Shown here: piece by piece, positions 40,571 through 50,135 of the stretch
Layout of the letters: each line of letters starts with the position of its first letter
Position numbering within the stretch: position 1 is the stretch's first letter
Program-made: the position numbers and the translations under genes
The notes under the pieces: model-generated
Databases searched by the model: none
The model's input: the letters and a program-made list of their open reading frames with translations, nothing else
Told to the model about the DNA's origin: nothing
Source: Candidatus Eiseniibacteriota bacterium
Lineage (GTDB): Bacteria > Eisenbacteria > RBG-16-71-46 > CAIMUX01 > VGJL01
Length of the DNA: 64,000 nt
Assembly: GCA_041946735.1 (NCBI GenBank)
Contig: JBHGAY010000024.1
Coordinates: 14,715 to 78,714, forward strand
Direction of reading: 5' to 3'

Positions 40571-41874
40571 TCGACACCGGCCTGGTCTTCCGGCTCGCCA
40601 TCGAGTCGCTTGCGGTCCACAAGCTCCGCACCGCTCTCACCATGCTCGGTGTGATCTTCGGCGTCGCCGCCGTCGTCTCGATGCTCTCGATCGGCGAGGG
40701 GGCGAAGCGCGAGGCGATGCAGCAGATCTCGATCCTCGGAATCGACAACATCATCGTCGAGGCGCGCGTCCCGATCTCCGAGAAAGGGACAGACGAGACA
40801 TTCCAGCGTTCCCCCGGCCTCGGGCTCGCGGACGCCGAGAACCTCCGCCTCTACGACGATCTGATCTCCAACGTCGTGCCGCAGCGATTCGAGACGCCTG
40901 CGACGATCCGAAGCGGGTCGATCGAGGCGCCGGTGCGGGTCGTCGCCACCACACCGAACTTCACCATCTCCTCCTCGATCGAGGTCGAGGGCGGCCGCTT
41001 CCTGACCGATGGCGACATGGCGGAGTTCGCGCAGGTCTGCGTCCTCGGCGCGAAGGCGCGTCGCGCGCTCTTCGCCTTCGACGATCCGCTCGGACGGATC
41101 GTGCGCATCGCCGATCTCGACTTCACCGTGGTCGGCGTGATGGCGGACAAGTACATCGGCCGCGGGAAGGTCGAAGGGCTCGAGCTTAAAAACCTGAACG
41201 AGGACGTCTACATCCCGTTCTCGACGGCGGTCAAGAAGCTCGAGCGCGCGGGAATGACGACGCGATCCGACCCGCGCCACTACTTCGGCGACCGCTCGAA
41301 CGAGCCGCAGCGCAACTACAACATTCCCGAGATCGACCAGCTCACGATCACCGTGAGCGACCTCGATTTCGTTCCCGCGGTGACGCTCCTCGTGCGGCGC
41401 GTCCTCGAGCGGCGCCACGGCGGAATTGCCGACTACGACGTGATCGTCCCGGAGTCGCTGCTCCGGCAGTCGCAGAAGACGCAGCAGATCTTCAACATCG
41501 TCATGGGCGCGATCGCCGGCCTCTCGCTCCTGGTCGGCGGCATCGGAATCATGAACATCATGCTCGCGACGGTCCTCGAGCGGACGCGCGAGATCGGGAC
41601 GCGCCGGGCGGTCGGAGCGACGCGCGGCGACATCCTCCGTCAGTTCCTGCTCGAAGCGGTGGTGATCTGTCTCGTCGGCTGCCTGGTCGGCCTCGTCGTC
41701 GGGCTCTCCCTCTCGAAGGGGATCAGCCTCTACGCCGGATGGCCGACGATCGTCTCGCCGTTCGCGATCCTGCTCGCGATCGGCGTCTCGACGGCGGTCG
41801 GGCTCATCTTCGGCGTCTATCCCGCTCGCAAGGCGGCCCGGTTGCACGTGATCGAGGCGCTCCGCTACGAGTGA
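40567..41874 (+). CDS. MacB-type ABC permease
   Basis: RTALTMLGVIFG, GGIGIMNIMLATVLERTREIG, YPARKAA. Confidence 0.93.
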   Translation: MIDTGLVFRLAIESLAVHKLRTALTMLGVIFGVAAVVSMLSIGEGAKREAMQQISILGIDNIIVEARVPISEKGTDETFQRSPGLGLADAENLRLYDDLISNVVPQRFETPATIRSGSIEAPVRVVATTPNFTISSSIEVEGGRFLTDGDMAEFAQVCVLGAKARRALFAFDDPLGRIVRIADLDFTVVGVMADKYIGRGKVEGLELKNLNEDVYIPFSTAVKKLERAGMTTRSDPRHYFGDRSNEPQRNYNIPEIDQLTITVSDLDFVPAVTLLVRRVLERRHGGIADYDVIVPESLLRQSQKTQQIFNIVMGAIAGLSLLVGGIGIMNIMLATVLERTREIGTRRAVGATRGDILRQFLLEAVVICLVGCLVGLVVGLSLSKGISLYAGWPTIVSPFAILLAIGVSTAVGLIFGVYPARKAARLHVIEALRYE

Positions 41875-41980
41875 CGCGTTCGAGTCGGCCGGTCGCCGCG
41901 GTGATCCGCGACGCCGTGTCGCTGTCCTTTGGGGTCTCTGTCTCTTGGGGTCTCTGTCTCTCCTCGCGAGGTTGCACGCC

Positions 41981-43486
41981 ATGTTCGAAGCGAATTCCCT
42001 CCGCTGCCGTTTGCTCATGCTCTGCACCGTCGCCGTGGTCGCGGCCGCGGCCGCCGTCGGCTTCTCTCCCGGGCTCGGACGCGCGCAGCCGATGACGCTC
42101 GACGAGGCAATCGACCAGGCGATCCATCACTCCTCCCGCGGGGCGATCCTCGAGGAGACGGAGCGGATCGCGGAGTCGAGCTACCGGGCGAAGAAAATCA
42201 ACTTCTACGTTCCGTTGATCACGATCAACGGCGCGCTCCCCTCCTACGACGTCGACCAGTCCTACAAGTTCTTCGGCGGCTCGACGCGCAAGCAGCTGTA
42301 CAAGACGAGCGATTTCCGGATGAACAGCTTCATCAAGCTCGAGCAGAGCCTGCTGACCGGTGGAAGCCTCGCGATGTCGGCGAACCTGAACCGGTCGCAG
42401 AGCCGCTACCCCGACACGAACCCGGAGGTGCCGAGCGGCAGCTTCCTCGACGAGAACGGACGGCAGGGGTACTTCGAGTTCCGGCTCACGCAGCCGATCT
42501 TCAAGCCCTCGACGCTGAAGAACGAGCTGCTCGACCGGACGGAGAACCTCGAGCTGGCGCGGATCGGACGGCGCGAGGAGGAGGCGGCGCTGCGCAAGGA
42601 GGTGGCCGAGGCGTTCCTCGGCTTGATCGAGGCGGAGGTGCAGGACTCCATGCAGGCGCTCACGCTCGATGCCGCGAGCCTCAAGGCGGAGATCGATTCG
42701 GTCAAATGGCAGGACGGTGTGATCGCGGAGGAGGCGCGGCTCGAAGCCGCCTCCGCGAAGCTCGACGCCGAGCTGGCGCGCCGGGAGGCGACCGACAAGC
42801 TGCAGGAGCAGCAGCGGGCGCTGGCGCTGCTGCTCGACAGGCCGGTCGAGGGGACGTTGCAGTTGGTGGAGCCGGAGGCGGGTGAGGCGCTGTCGGCGGA
42901 GCAGTTGTTGAAGATGAAGTCCGGCTGGGAGAAGTCGCTGCCGGTGCGGCGGGCGCTCGAGAACCGCTCGCGCTCGAAGCGGATGGCATCCTACACCGCC
43001 AAGGGAAAGAGCCTGACCGGCGACTTGACCGCCAGCTACGCCGCCGGCCGCGGCAAGGTCAGCCTCGAGGACCGTCCCGACGAGGACATCAACACGAACG
43101 GCTGGGGCGTCTCGCTGAACCTCTCCTACCCGATCTGGGACGGTGGATCGGGGAGCGCCGCCACGCAGGCGGCCCGCGCCGAGGCGAACCGGGCCGAGCT
43201 GGAGCTGGTGCAGGCGAAGCAGGCGGCGCAGGCGGAGATTGCACGCCTCGTGCAGCAGGTGGACGTCGGGTACCGGAGGCTGGGGATTCAGCAGAGCCGG
43301 GTGAAGCTCGCTGACGACAAGCTCGCGATCGCGAGGGAGCGCTTCGCCGACGGACGGATCTCGACGCTGCAGCTCCGCGAGGCGGAGATCGACCGGCTGG
43401 AAGCACGGGCTGGGTACCTGGCGGAGCTGAAGACGTACCTCGGGAACAAGATCACGCTGGAGGGCAGCTTCGCCGGTCAGGAGTAG
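41981..43486 (+). CDS. TolC-family outer membrane efflux protein
   Basis: Signal peptide, MTLDEAI, helical repeats, LSYPIWDGG, RFADGRIS. Confidence 0.85.
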   Translation: MFEANSLRCRLLMLCTVAVVAAAAAVGFSPGLGRAQPMTLDEAIDQAIHHSSRGAILEETERIAESSYRAKKINFYVPLITINGALPSYDVDQSYKFFGGSTRKQLYKTSDFRMNSFIKLEQSLLTGGSLAMSANLNRSQSRYPDTNPEVPSGSFLDENGRQGYFEFRLTQPIFKPSTLKNELLDRTENLELARIGRREEEAALRKEVAEAFLGLIEAEVQDSMQALTLDAASLKAEIDSVKWQDGVIAEEARLEAASAKLDAELARREATDKLQEQQRALALLLDRPVEGTLQLVEPEAGEALSAEQLLKMKSGWEKSLPVRRALENRSRSKRMASYTAKGKSLTGDLTASYAAGRGKVSLEDRPDEDINTNGWGVSLNLSYPIWDGGSGSAATQAARAEANRAELELVQAKQAAQAEIARLVQQVDVGYRRLGIQQSRVKLADDKLAIARERFADGRISTLQLREAEIDRLEARAGYLAELKTYLGNKITLEGSFAGQE

Positions 43487-43520
43487 GTGGTTGCCGGCCG
43501 GCTCCTGGTTGATCGAGCAA

Positions 43521-43588
43521 GCAGGCAGGTAGGTAGGTAGGTAGGCAGGTAGGTAGGTAGGCAGGTAGGTAGGTAGGTAGGTAGGTAG
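43521..43588. repeat. tetranucleotide microsatellite (GYAG)x17
   Basis: GCAG GCAG GTAG GTAG... 17 contiguous units. Confidence 0.95.
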
Positions 43589-43659
43589 GCGGGAACGCGA
43601 GCAGGCGAGCGAGGCAGGATTCGAGTGAAAGGGCAGTGCCGGCAGGCACGGCGCTCCTC

Positions 43660-43838
43660 GGCGGGATCGCGCCGGCGGCCTCGCCCGAGGGATCGGCGCT
43701 CGCTGGGAGAAGACGGACGGCCGTCGCTCGCGCCTCTAGTTCGCCGCGCGAGTGACTCCCTACCGGCTGCAAGGGTGGCAGCCCACGCGCGTCGAACGCG
43801 TCCCTCGGGCCGAGGCCTCACCGGGCGCTCCCCGCCGC
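43660..43838. repeat. ~180-bp element with imperfect terminal inverted repeats, copy 1
   Basis: Near-identical to the reverse complement of 44096-44275. Confidence 0.9.
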
Positions 43839-44095
43839 AGATCGATCCGCTGAGCACATCTCCCCCCCACACACACTATTTGGGCCGCGCGCCGTCCGAG
43901 TGACGGAAGACCGAGCGGCGCGCGCCCTCGCTCGCGCGAACAATCACCACGCAAACCGGTCGGCCTTGCCCGCGCGGCTCGACAGCCGCCGGAATCTCAC
44001 GAATGCCTCGATGAAGGTGGCACACACACGGGAGAGGGCACGGGATGCCACTACACCAGACCGCTGTCGAGTGGAAGGCGCGGCACTGCCCTATG

Positions 44096-44275
44096 GCGGC
44101 GGGGAGCGCCCGGTGAGGCCTCGCCACGAGGGACGCGTTCGCCGCGCGGTAGCCGCCACCCTGCAGCCGGTAGGGAGTCACTCGCGCGGCGAACCAGAGG
44201 CGCGAGCGACGACCGTCCGTCTTCTCCCCGCGAGCGCCGATCCCTCGGGCGAGGCCGCGGGCGCGATCCCGCCGC
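44096..44275. repeat. ~180-bp element, copy 2 (inverted relative to copy 1)
   Basis: e.g. CAGCCGGTAGGGAGTCACTCGCGCGGCGAAC is the reverse complement of the copy-1 core. Confidence 0.9.
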
Positions 44276-44347
44276 AGATCGATCCTCGGAAGACATCCCT
44301 TCCCACATGCGCTATTCGCCCGCGCGGCTCGACCGCCGCCGGACGCG

Positions 44348-45361
44348 TCACAGCCGCGCGCGCACCAAGGCGATCGCGTCGGCGGCGTCGGGCGGGACCG
44401 CCACGTCGGGCGCGATCCCCTCGGCGTCGACGGAGAAGCCGGGGAGCCAGCGGGCGCGGCTCATCGGGACGACGAGGATCGCGGCGCCGGACGGCAGCCG
44501 CACCCGGCGCAAGTTGGAGTAGTCGAGGGAGCCGCGGGTGTTCTCGCCGAAGAGGCGGACCTTCCCGCTCTGGCGCGCGAGGAGCGCGAACGCTTCCGCG
44601 GCGCTCGCGCAGCGCCGGTCCATCAGGATCCCGATCCGCTCGGGCAACGGGTGCAGCTCGTCGAAGGTATCGATGCGGTCCGGTGGACCGTCGACGAACG
44701 TCCCGGGCGCGGCCTCCATGCGAGCGGCGAGGTCGCATAGATACGTCACGTATTCCGCCGGCATCCCCGGTTGCGCGGCATAGCTGCGGATGCACGCGGC
44801 GTTCGCCGGCGTCGCCCAGTAGTCGCAGCCGGTCACGCGGATCGGACCGGTCGCGATCCAAGGCAGCAGCGACTCGAACGTCGCGTCGCTGCCGCCCCCG
44901 TTGCCCCGGATGTCGATCAGGAGGACTGGCGTGCGCGAGAGCTCCTCGCGGGCGGCGGCGAGCAGCGCATCGAGCCGCTCCCGCACCGGCGCCCCAAAGG
45001 TTGGGATCGTGAGAAGCAGCGCCTCGTCGTCGAGGCGGGCGAGCGTCGGATCGAGACGCCCTGCCGCGACGTCCCGCTCGAAGCGCTCCTGACCCGTCGC
45101 CGACGAGAGGCCGAGGTGGCGGTCGCGGAAGAAGACCAGCCAGGAGCGGAGGATCTCGATCCGCTCGTCTGGTGATCCGCGTGAGGAGAGGATCGAAGCT
45201 CGGACCGACTCCGTGAGAACGCCAAGCTCCGCCTCGCGGCCGCGCACCTTGTCGCGGTAGCCGGCGTAGTTCCTCGACACCTCGTCGAGCACGCAGGCGA
45301 AGTCGGGAGGATCGCCGTCGCGGGCGAGACGATCCTCCGACCGGTGTCCGGCTTCGCTCAC
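44348..45361 (-). CDS. S41 family peptidase
   Basis: NYAGYRDK, LIDIRGNGGGSD, CASAAEAF, FGENTRG.LDY. Confidence 0.85.
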   Translation of the reverse strand: MSEAGHRSEDRLARDGDPPDFACVLDEVSRNYAGYRDKVRGREAELGVLTESVRASILSSRGSPDERIEILRSWLVFFRDRHLGLSSATGQERFERDVAAGRLDPTLARLDDEALLLTIPTFGAPVRERLDALLAAAREELSRTPVLLIDIRGNGGGSDATFESLLPWIATGPIRVTGCDYWATPANAACIRSYAAQPGMPAEYVTYLCDLAARMEAAPGTFVDGPPDRIDTFDELHPLPERIGILMDRRCASAAEAFALLARQSGKVRLFGENTRGSLDYSNLRRVRLPSGAAILVVPMSRARWLPGFSVDAEGIAPDVAVPPDAADAIALVRARL

Positions 45362-48132
45362 CGGAGCAGGGTCACCTTGCGGATCGCCTCCGTAGAGGCG
45401 GAGCGGATCCGAAGGAAGTAGATCCCGGGCGCGGCGGCGCGGCCCGTCGCCGTGCGGCCGTCCCACGCGGGGACGCCGCCGCTCTGCGGCCCGTCGATCG
45501 TGCGCCGCGCGACGAACCGTCCCGCCGGATCGACCACGTCGATCGTCGCCGACGCGCCGCGCGGAAGCTCCATCTCGAGATCGAACGCGCCGCGGCCCGG
45601 ATTGGGAAGCGCGCGCCCGATGCGCAGCGCGAGCGCATCCGCCGGATCCTCGGGGAACGTGTAATCCCAGTCCTCATCGAGCAGCGGGATCGAGTCGTCG
45701 GCGATCCGAATCCGGTTGCCGGCGTAGGCGAGGAGGACGAACCCGCTCGTGTCTGCCGCAGCGGGGCAGGTGGACTGCGCCATCTCACTGATCGTGAAGC
45801 CGTCGCCGTCGATGACGACGCCGTCCCTCGCGATTCGATTCCCGAAGATCCCGCGTTCGGGATAGGCGCGGGACCAGGTTACGAAGTACTGGTTGCCGTC
45901 CCAGATGCCGTCGACGGCGCCGGGAGTCCCGGGCATCCGGCTCACCTCGATGCCGCCGGGATCCAGCAGGGCCCCGTTCTCGTCGAAGCGCGCCGCGTAG
46001 ACGTCGTGCTCTCCCCCGCCGCCCGCTCGTTCCACCGAGAAGAGGGCGAGGCTCTGCCGGTCGCCGCGGAGCAGCCACAGGCTGCTATGCGAGAGGCCGA
46101 GCTCGGGAAACAGCGACGTGCCGGTGATCTCCTCGCCCGGCGCCGCCGGATCGACGATGGCGGCGTAAACGCGGTTGCCGGAATCGGTCGCGTGCAATCC
46201 CAAGAGGAGCAGACGGCCTCCCGTGAGCGGGGCGAGTGTCGCCGCCTGGGTCGTCGTGTCCGGCATCACCGTCCATCGACGCAGGCGCTCTCCTGCCGGA
46301 TCGATCAGGTCGACCCGGATTCCCGGGCTCTGCGTGTTGCGGTCCGGCGTGTAGTCGTACGCGAAGAAGATCGAGTCAGGTCGCTCCACGAAGTCGCAGC
46401 GACCGACGGCCGGGATGGCGCCGTATCCGCCTTGGTGCGCAACGACGGTCGAGACGAATCGCTCCCGCAGACCATCCAGGCCGATGCGATCGATGGCCAC
46501 GATGAAGTCGTTGCTGTATTCCCCGAGTTGGCCGGACCAACCCTCGCTTCGCACGTATCCGATCGAAACCCCGGTTCGGTCCGCTCGCGACCGGAGCGAG
46601 GAGGTGCGCGCCCAATCGCAGTTGTCCATCCAGTCGCAGTCGGAATGCTCCGACGGGCCGCTCCATCGGTCGGGCGTGTCGGTGAGCTGGCCCTCCGCAT
46701 CGAAAGCGAAACGGTGGTAGAAGCCTCCCTCCCGGTTCAACAGATGCGGCTCGCCGCTCCCCCAGAGCGGAATCGCATACAAAGGATGCGTCCCTACGTT
46801 GAGGCGCAAGGGCTCCGGCTCGATTGGCAGCCCTTCCAGGGGCACCCATTGCAGGAGAACCGGGTTCTCCGGGGGCCAGGGCATCGCCGGCTGGCCCGCC
46901 GGCTCCTTGCTCACCGGCAGCTCCATGGTCGTGGACCAGATCACGGCGAAACGTTCCCCGGTCCACCGGCACGCGACGTTCCGCGGATCCTCCGGCTGCG
47001 CGCAGGGAGATTCGGTCACCAGCTCGACCGGCTCGGGATCGAGGCTCTCCTGATCGAGGCCGATCCGCGTCACGAGGATCCGGCCGTCCCAGTCACGCGT
47101 GGTTCGCCACGCGAGCAGCGCGACGCTGTCGGCGGCGCAGACGTCCAGGCCCATGTCGGCGGTCGAGTCGATCGTGAGAGGACCGGGCGCGATCGGCGCG
47201 CCGGTCGCGTCGAGGAGAGCGACCTCGATCCCATCCCCGGTGGTCCACGCGGCGACCCAGCGATCCGCGAATCGCGCGACCGCTACCTCGGGAGGTCCCC
47301 ACGTCCCCGTCGCTTCCCCGAGGGCAACCGGCGATCCCGCCGGCAGACCGTCCTGTCCCAGAGGTTGCGCGTGAGTTTCGCGGCCGTCTCCGACGTAGAG
47401 GACCATCCCTCCCGCATCGGACATCGCGAGGTCGAGCGCCATTTCGGGCAGATCGCTTGCGAGGACGTGCGGCGACGGATCGATCGCCTCGAGTCCGGGC
47501 GTGACGCGCGTGAGGAGCAGGCGATAGGGAGAGCGTTCGCCCTCCAGCCACGCGATCACGTGCGCCCCTTCCTCGTCGACCGCATTCGGAGCGAAGGCGA
47601 TCGACGGCATCCGGACTTCGGCGACGCCGGGCGGCACGACGTCGACCGTCGCCGTCGCCTCGAGGGTCGCGGGATCGAAGGCACGCACGCGAAGGCCGGG
47701 GAGGTCGATGTCGTACGACGGGGAGAATGCGAAAGCCATCTTCCATCCCGAGCCATCGGGATCGGAGAAGTCGATCCCGTCGATCCACCCGTCCTCCTCT
47801 CCGCGGAGAGGCTGGTGGGCGTTGTCGATCTCCTCACCGGCCGGGCTCTTGCGGTAGCCGTAAGCAGCGTCGGCGCCCTGTTCGATGAAGGCCAACAGGA
47901 CCTCGGACGGCGAAACGCCGATCGCGCACGCCGTCGGATAGTAGACGGTTTCGCCGTACCGGAAGCCATGATCGAGGACGATCTCCTCCGTCATACTCGG
48001 CGGGCTGGCGAAGGCGGCCGGCGCGAGCAGGAGCGGGAGCGCCAGTGCCACCACAAGAACGGCGAGAACGGTGAGAGCGGACGAAACGACGAAGGTCGGT
48101 ACGGCGACGAAGAAAACTGCGGCCGGGCGCAT
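45358..48132 (-). CDS. large secreted protein with C-terminal FlgD-Ig / sorting-type domain
   Basis: Signal peptide; repeated W.G..F.V.W / LDP.G units; C-terminal PNP...DPAGR.V...WDGR...G..AAPGIYF.R. Confidence 0.8.
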   Translation of the reverse strand: MRPAAVFFVAVPTFVVSSALTVLAVLVVALALPLLLAPAAFASPPSMTEEIVLDHGFRYGETVYYPTACAIGVSPSEVLLAFIEQGADAAYGYRKSPAGEEIDNAHQPLRGEEDGWIDGIDFSDPDGSGWKMAFAFSPSYDIDLPGLRVRAFDPATLEATATVDVVPPGVAEVRMPSIAFAPNAVDEEGAHVIAWLEGERSPYRLLLTRVTPGLEAIDPSPHVLASDLPEMALDLAMSDAGGMVLYVGDGRETHAQPLGQDGLPAGSPVALGEATGTWGPPEVAVARFADRWVAAWTTGDGIEVALLDATGAPIAPGPLTIDSTADMGLDVCAADSVALLAWRTTRDWDGRILVTRIGLDQESLDPEPVELVTESPCAQPEDPRNVACRWTGERFAVIWSTTMELPVSKEPAGQPAMPWPPENPVLLQWVPLEGLPIEPEPLRLNVGTHPLYAIPLWGSGEPHLLNREGGFYHRFAFDAEGQLTDTPDRWSGPSEHSDCDWMDNCDWARTSSLRSRADRTGVSIGYVRSEGWSGQLGEYSNDFIVAIDRIGLDGLRERFVSTVVAHQGGYGAIPAVGRCDFVERPDSIFFAYDYTPDRNTQSPGIRVDLIDPAGERLRRWTVMPDTTTQAATLAPLTGGRLLLLGLHATDSGNRVYAAIVDPAAPGEEITGTSLFPELGLSHSSLWLLRGDRQSLALFSVERAGGGGEHDVYAARFDENGALLDPGGIEVSRMPGTPGAVDGIWDGNQYFVTWSRAYPERGIFGNRIARDGVVIDGDGFTISEMAQSTCPAAADTSGFVLLAYAGNRIRIADDSIPLLDEDWDYTFPEDPADALALRIGRALPNPGRGAFDLEMELPRGASATIDVVDPAGRFVARRTIDGPQSGGVPAWDGRTATGRAAAPGIYFLRIRSASTEAIRKVTLLR

Positions 48133-48320
48133 CGGAAACCTCCACTCGAAATGCACAGGAGCGACCCCGTGCGATTCACCCCTCGTGATGCGAACGGGCC
48201 CAATTGTCGCCCCGCCGGAGGCATGTGTCAAACGAAGGCTGCCGGGCACCGGAGCTGACGCGCGGTCCGCTGGCGTGGCGAGTGTCTTCTCGCGCGACTA
48301 CGCCCGGGACCCCCGTTGCG

Positions 48321-49928
48321 TCAGAAGATGAAGTCGGTCGTCAGGAAGGACGACATCCTGCCCGTGACGATCGTGGTCACCAGCTCCTTGTCAGCCTCCG
48401 TGCTGGCGATCGAGGCGACGTTACGGATCGAGAAGCAGCGCAGCGCGTCGCTGACCGACAGCGTCCCTTCAGCCGAGTCTTTGCGGCCGGTGAACGGGAA
48501 GGTGTCCGGGCCGCGCCGGCATTGCGTGTTGAGGTTCACGCGACACACCTGATTGGCGAGCGCGTCGACGAGATACGCGACGCGCTTCGGATCGCGCCCG
48601 AAGATCGAGACCTGCTGTCCATACGGGCTCGAGCGCATGAACTCGTCGATCTCCCGCTCGTCCTCGTAGGTCGCGACCGGGACGACGGGGCCGAACTGCT
48701 CCGTCCCGTAGAGGCTCATGTCCGGGCGGACCGGGTAGACGACCGCCGGTCGATAGAAGGTGCCGGTCGCGTCGCCTCCGTCGTTGACGACGCGCGCGCC
48801 CTTGGAGACTGCGTCCTGCACGAGACCGGCCAGATACTCCGGCTTACCGTCCTCCGGCAGAGGGGTGATCTGCACCCCCGACTCCCACGGCATTCCCGCC
48901 CCGAGCGCATCGACCGCCTGCGCGAGCTTCGCCACGAAGCGCTCGGCGATCGAGGCGTGCGCGAAGAAGAGCTTGAGCGCAGTGCACCGCTGGCCGTTGT
49001 AGGACAGCGCGCCCGAGACGCCCTCCTTCACTGCGACGTCGAGGTCCGCGTCCGGGAGAATCACTGCGGGGTTCTTCGACTCGAGACCGAGGATGCAGCG
49101 CAGCCGGTTGGGGCGCGGATGCTGCTTCTGTAGCGTGTTCGCGACCTTGCTCGTCCCGATGAAGGCCAGGACGTCGATGTCGCCCGAGCTCATGATCGGC
49201 CCGATGACGGTGGGACCGTCGCCCTGGATCACGTTGACGACGCCCGGCGGGAACGCCTCCTTCATCGCCTCGAGCAAGGGGAGGTGCAGCAGCGCCCCGT
49301 ACCTGGGGAGCTTCGAGACGACGGTGTTCCCCATGATGAGCGCCGGGATGAGCGTCGTATAGGTCTCGTTGAGCGGGTAGTTGAACGGTCCCATGCAGAG
49401 CACGACGCCCAAGGGAGAGCGACGGATCTGCGCGATGAATCCCTGCTCCATGACGAAGCGGCTGCAGTCGCGGTCGAGCTGCTTGACCGCCTCGACCGTG
49501 TCGCGGATGTACTGCACCGTCCGGTCGAACTCGGCCTCCGCGTCCTTGCGCGACTTGCCGATCTCCCACATGAGCAGCCGGACGACCGGCTCCCGGACCT
49601 TCGGCATCAGCTCGGCGAAATGCTCGACGCAGCCGATGCGGCGCGCGACGCGCATCGTCGGCCAGGCGCCCCGGCCGTCGTCCCAAGCCTGACGCGCTGC
49701 TCGCACGGCCTCGACCGCCTCGGCCGCCGAAAGCATTGGCACCTTGCCCAGGCGCACCCGCTCGAGCGAGCTGTCCGCGTTCTGCACGCACACGGGCGAC
49801 AACACCTCGGCGCCTTCGGGCCACGTGCGAATCTCTCCGGCCACGAGGTACCGGCGCTCCCAGGCGGTGACGTCGACCTTCGCGGAATCGGGGATCTCCG
49901 TTGCGGAAGGGAAATGGAAGGACTCCAT
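48321..49928 (-). CDS. gapN: NADP-dependent non-phosphorylating glyceraldehyde-3-phosphate dehydrogenase (ALDH family)
   Basis: MGPFNYPLNE, FIGTS, LGLESKN, GQRCTA, EQFGPV, FTGRKDSAEGTLSV. Confidence 0.88.
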   Translation of the reverse strand: MESFHFPSATEIPDSAKVDVTAWERRYLVAGEIRTWPEGAEVLSPVCVQNADSSLERVRLGKVPMLSAAEAVEAVRAARQAWDDGRGAWPTMRVARRIGCVEHFAELMPKVREPVVRLLMWEIGKSRKDAEAEFDRTVQYIRDTVEAVKQLDRDCSRFVMEQGFIAQIRRSPLGVVLCMGPFNYPLNETYTTLIPALIMGNTVVSKLPRYGALLHLPLLEAMKEAFPPGVVNVIQGDGPTVIGPIMSSGDIDVLAFIGTSKVANTLQKQHPRPNRLRCILGLESKNPAVILPDADLDVAVKEGVSGALSYNGQRCTALKLFFAHASIAERFVAKLAQAVDALGAGMPWESGVQITPLPEDGKPEYLAGLVQDAVSKGARVVNDGGDATGTFYRPAVVYPVRPDMSLYGTEQFGPVVPVATYEDEREIDEFMRSSPYGQQVSIFGRDPKRVAYLVDALANQVCRVNLNTQCRRGPDTFPFTGRKDSAEGTLSVSDALRCFSIRNVASIASTEADKELVTTIVTGRMSSFLTTDFIF

Positions 49929-50135
49929 CGCGATCCTCCAAGAGCGAAACGACCCTGAGCGAACGACCCGACGCTGAGCGAGCCATCGCAGCGTAGCGAA
50001 GGGAGGGCGAGTCCGGAAAGCCCCTGGCTGCCGATGGTTCTCCTCGCCTATAATTGGCGCGGATCCATACCGGCCCTGTCGGGGCGCTCGCATCGGCGGC
50101 GCGCATCGGGGTGGCCCGCCGCGAGGAGACGTGGA

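Noticed and set aside
43660..44275. Integron attC sites or an autonomous IS
   Set aside because: No RYYYAAC/GTTRRRY boxes, integrase or transposase; the ORFs across the region have no motifs
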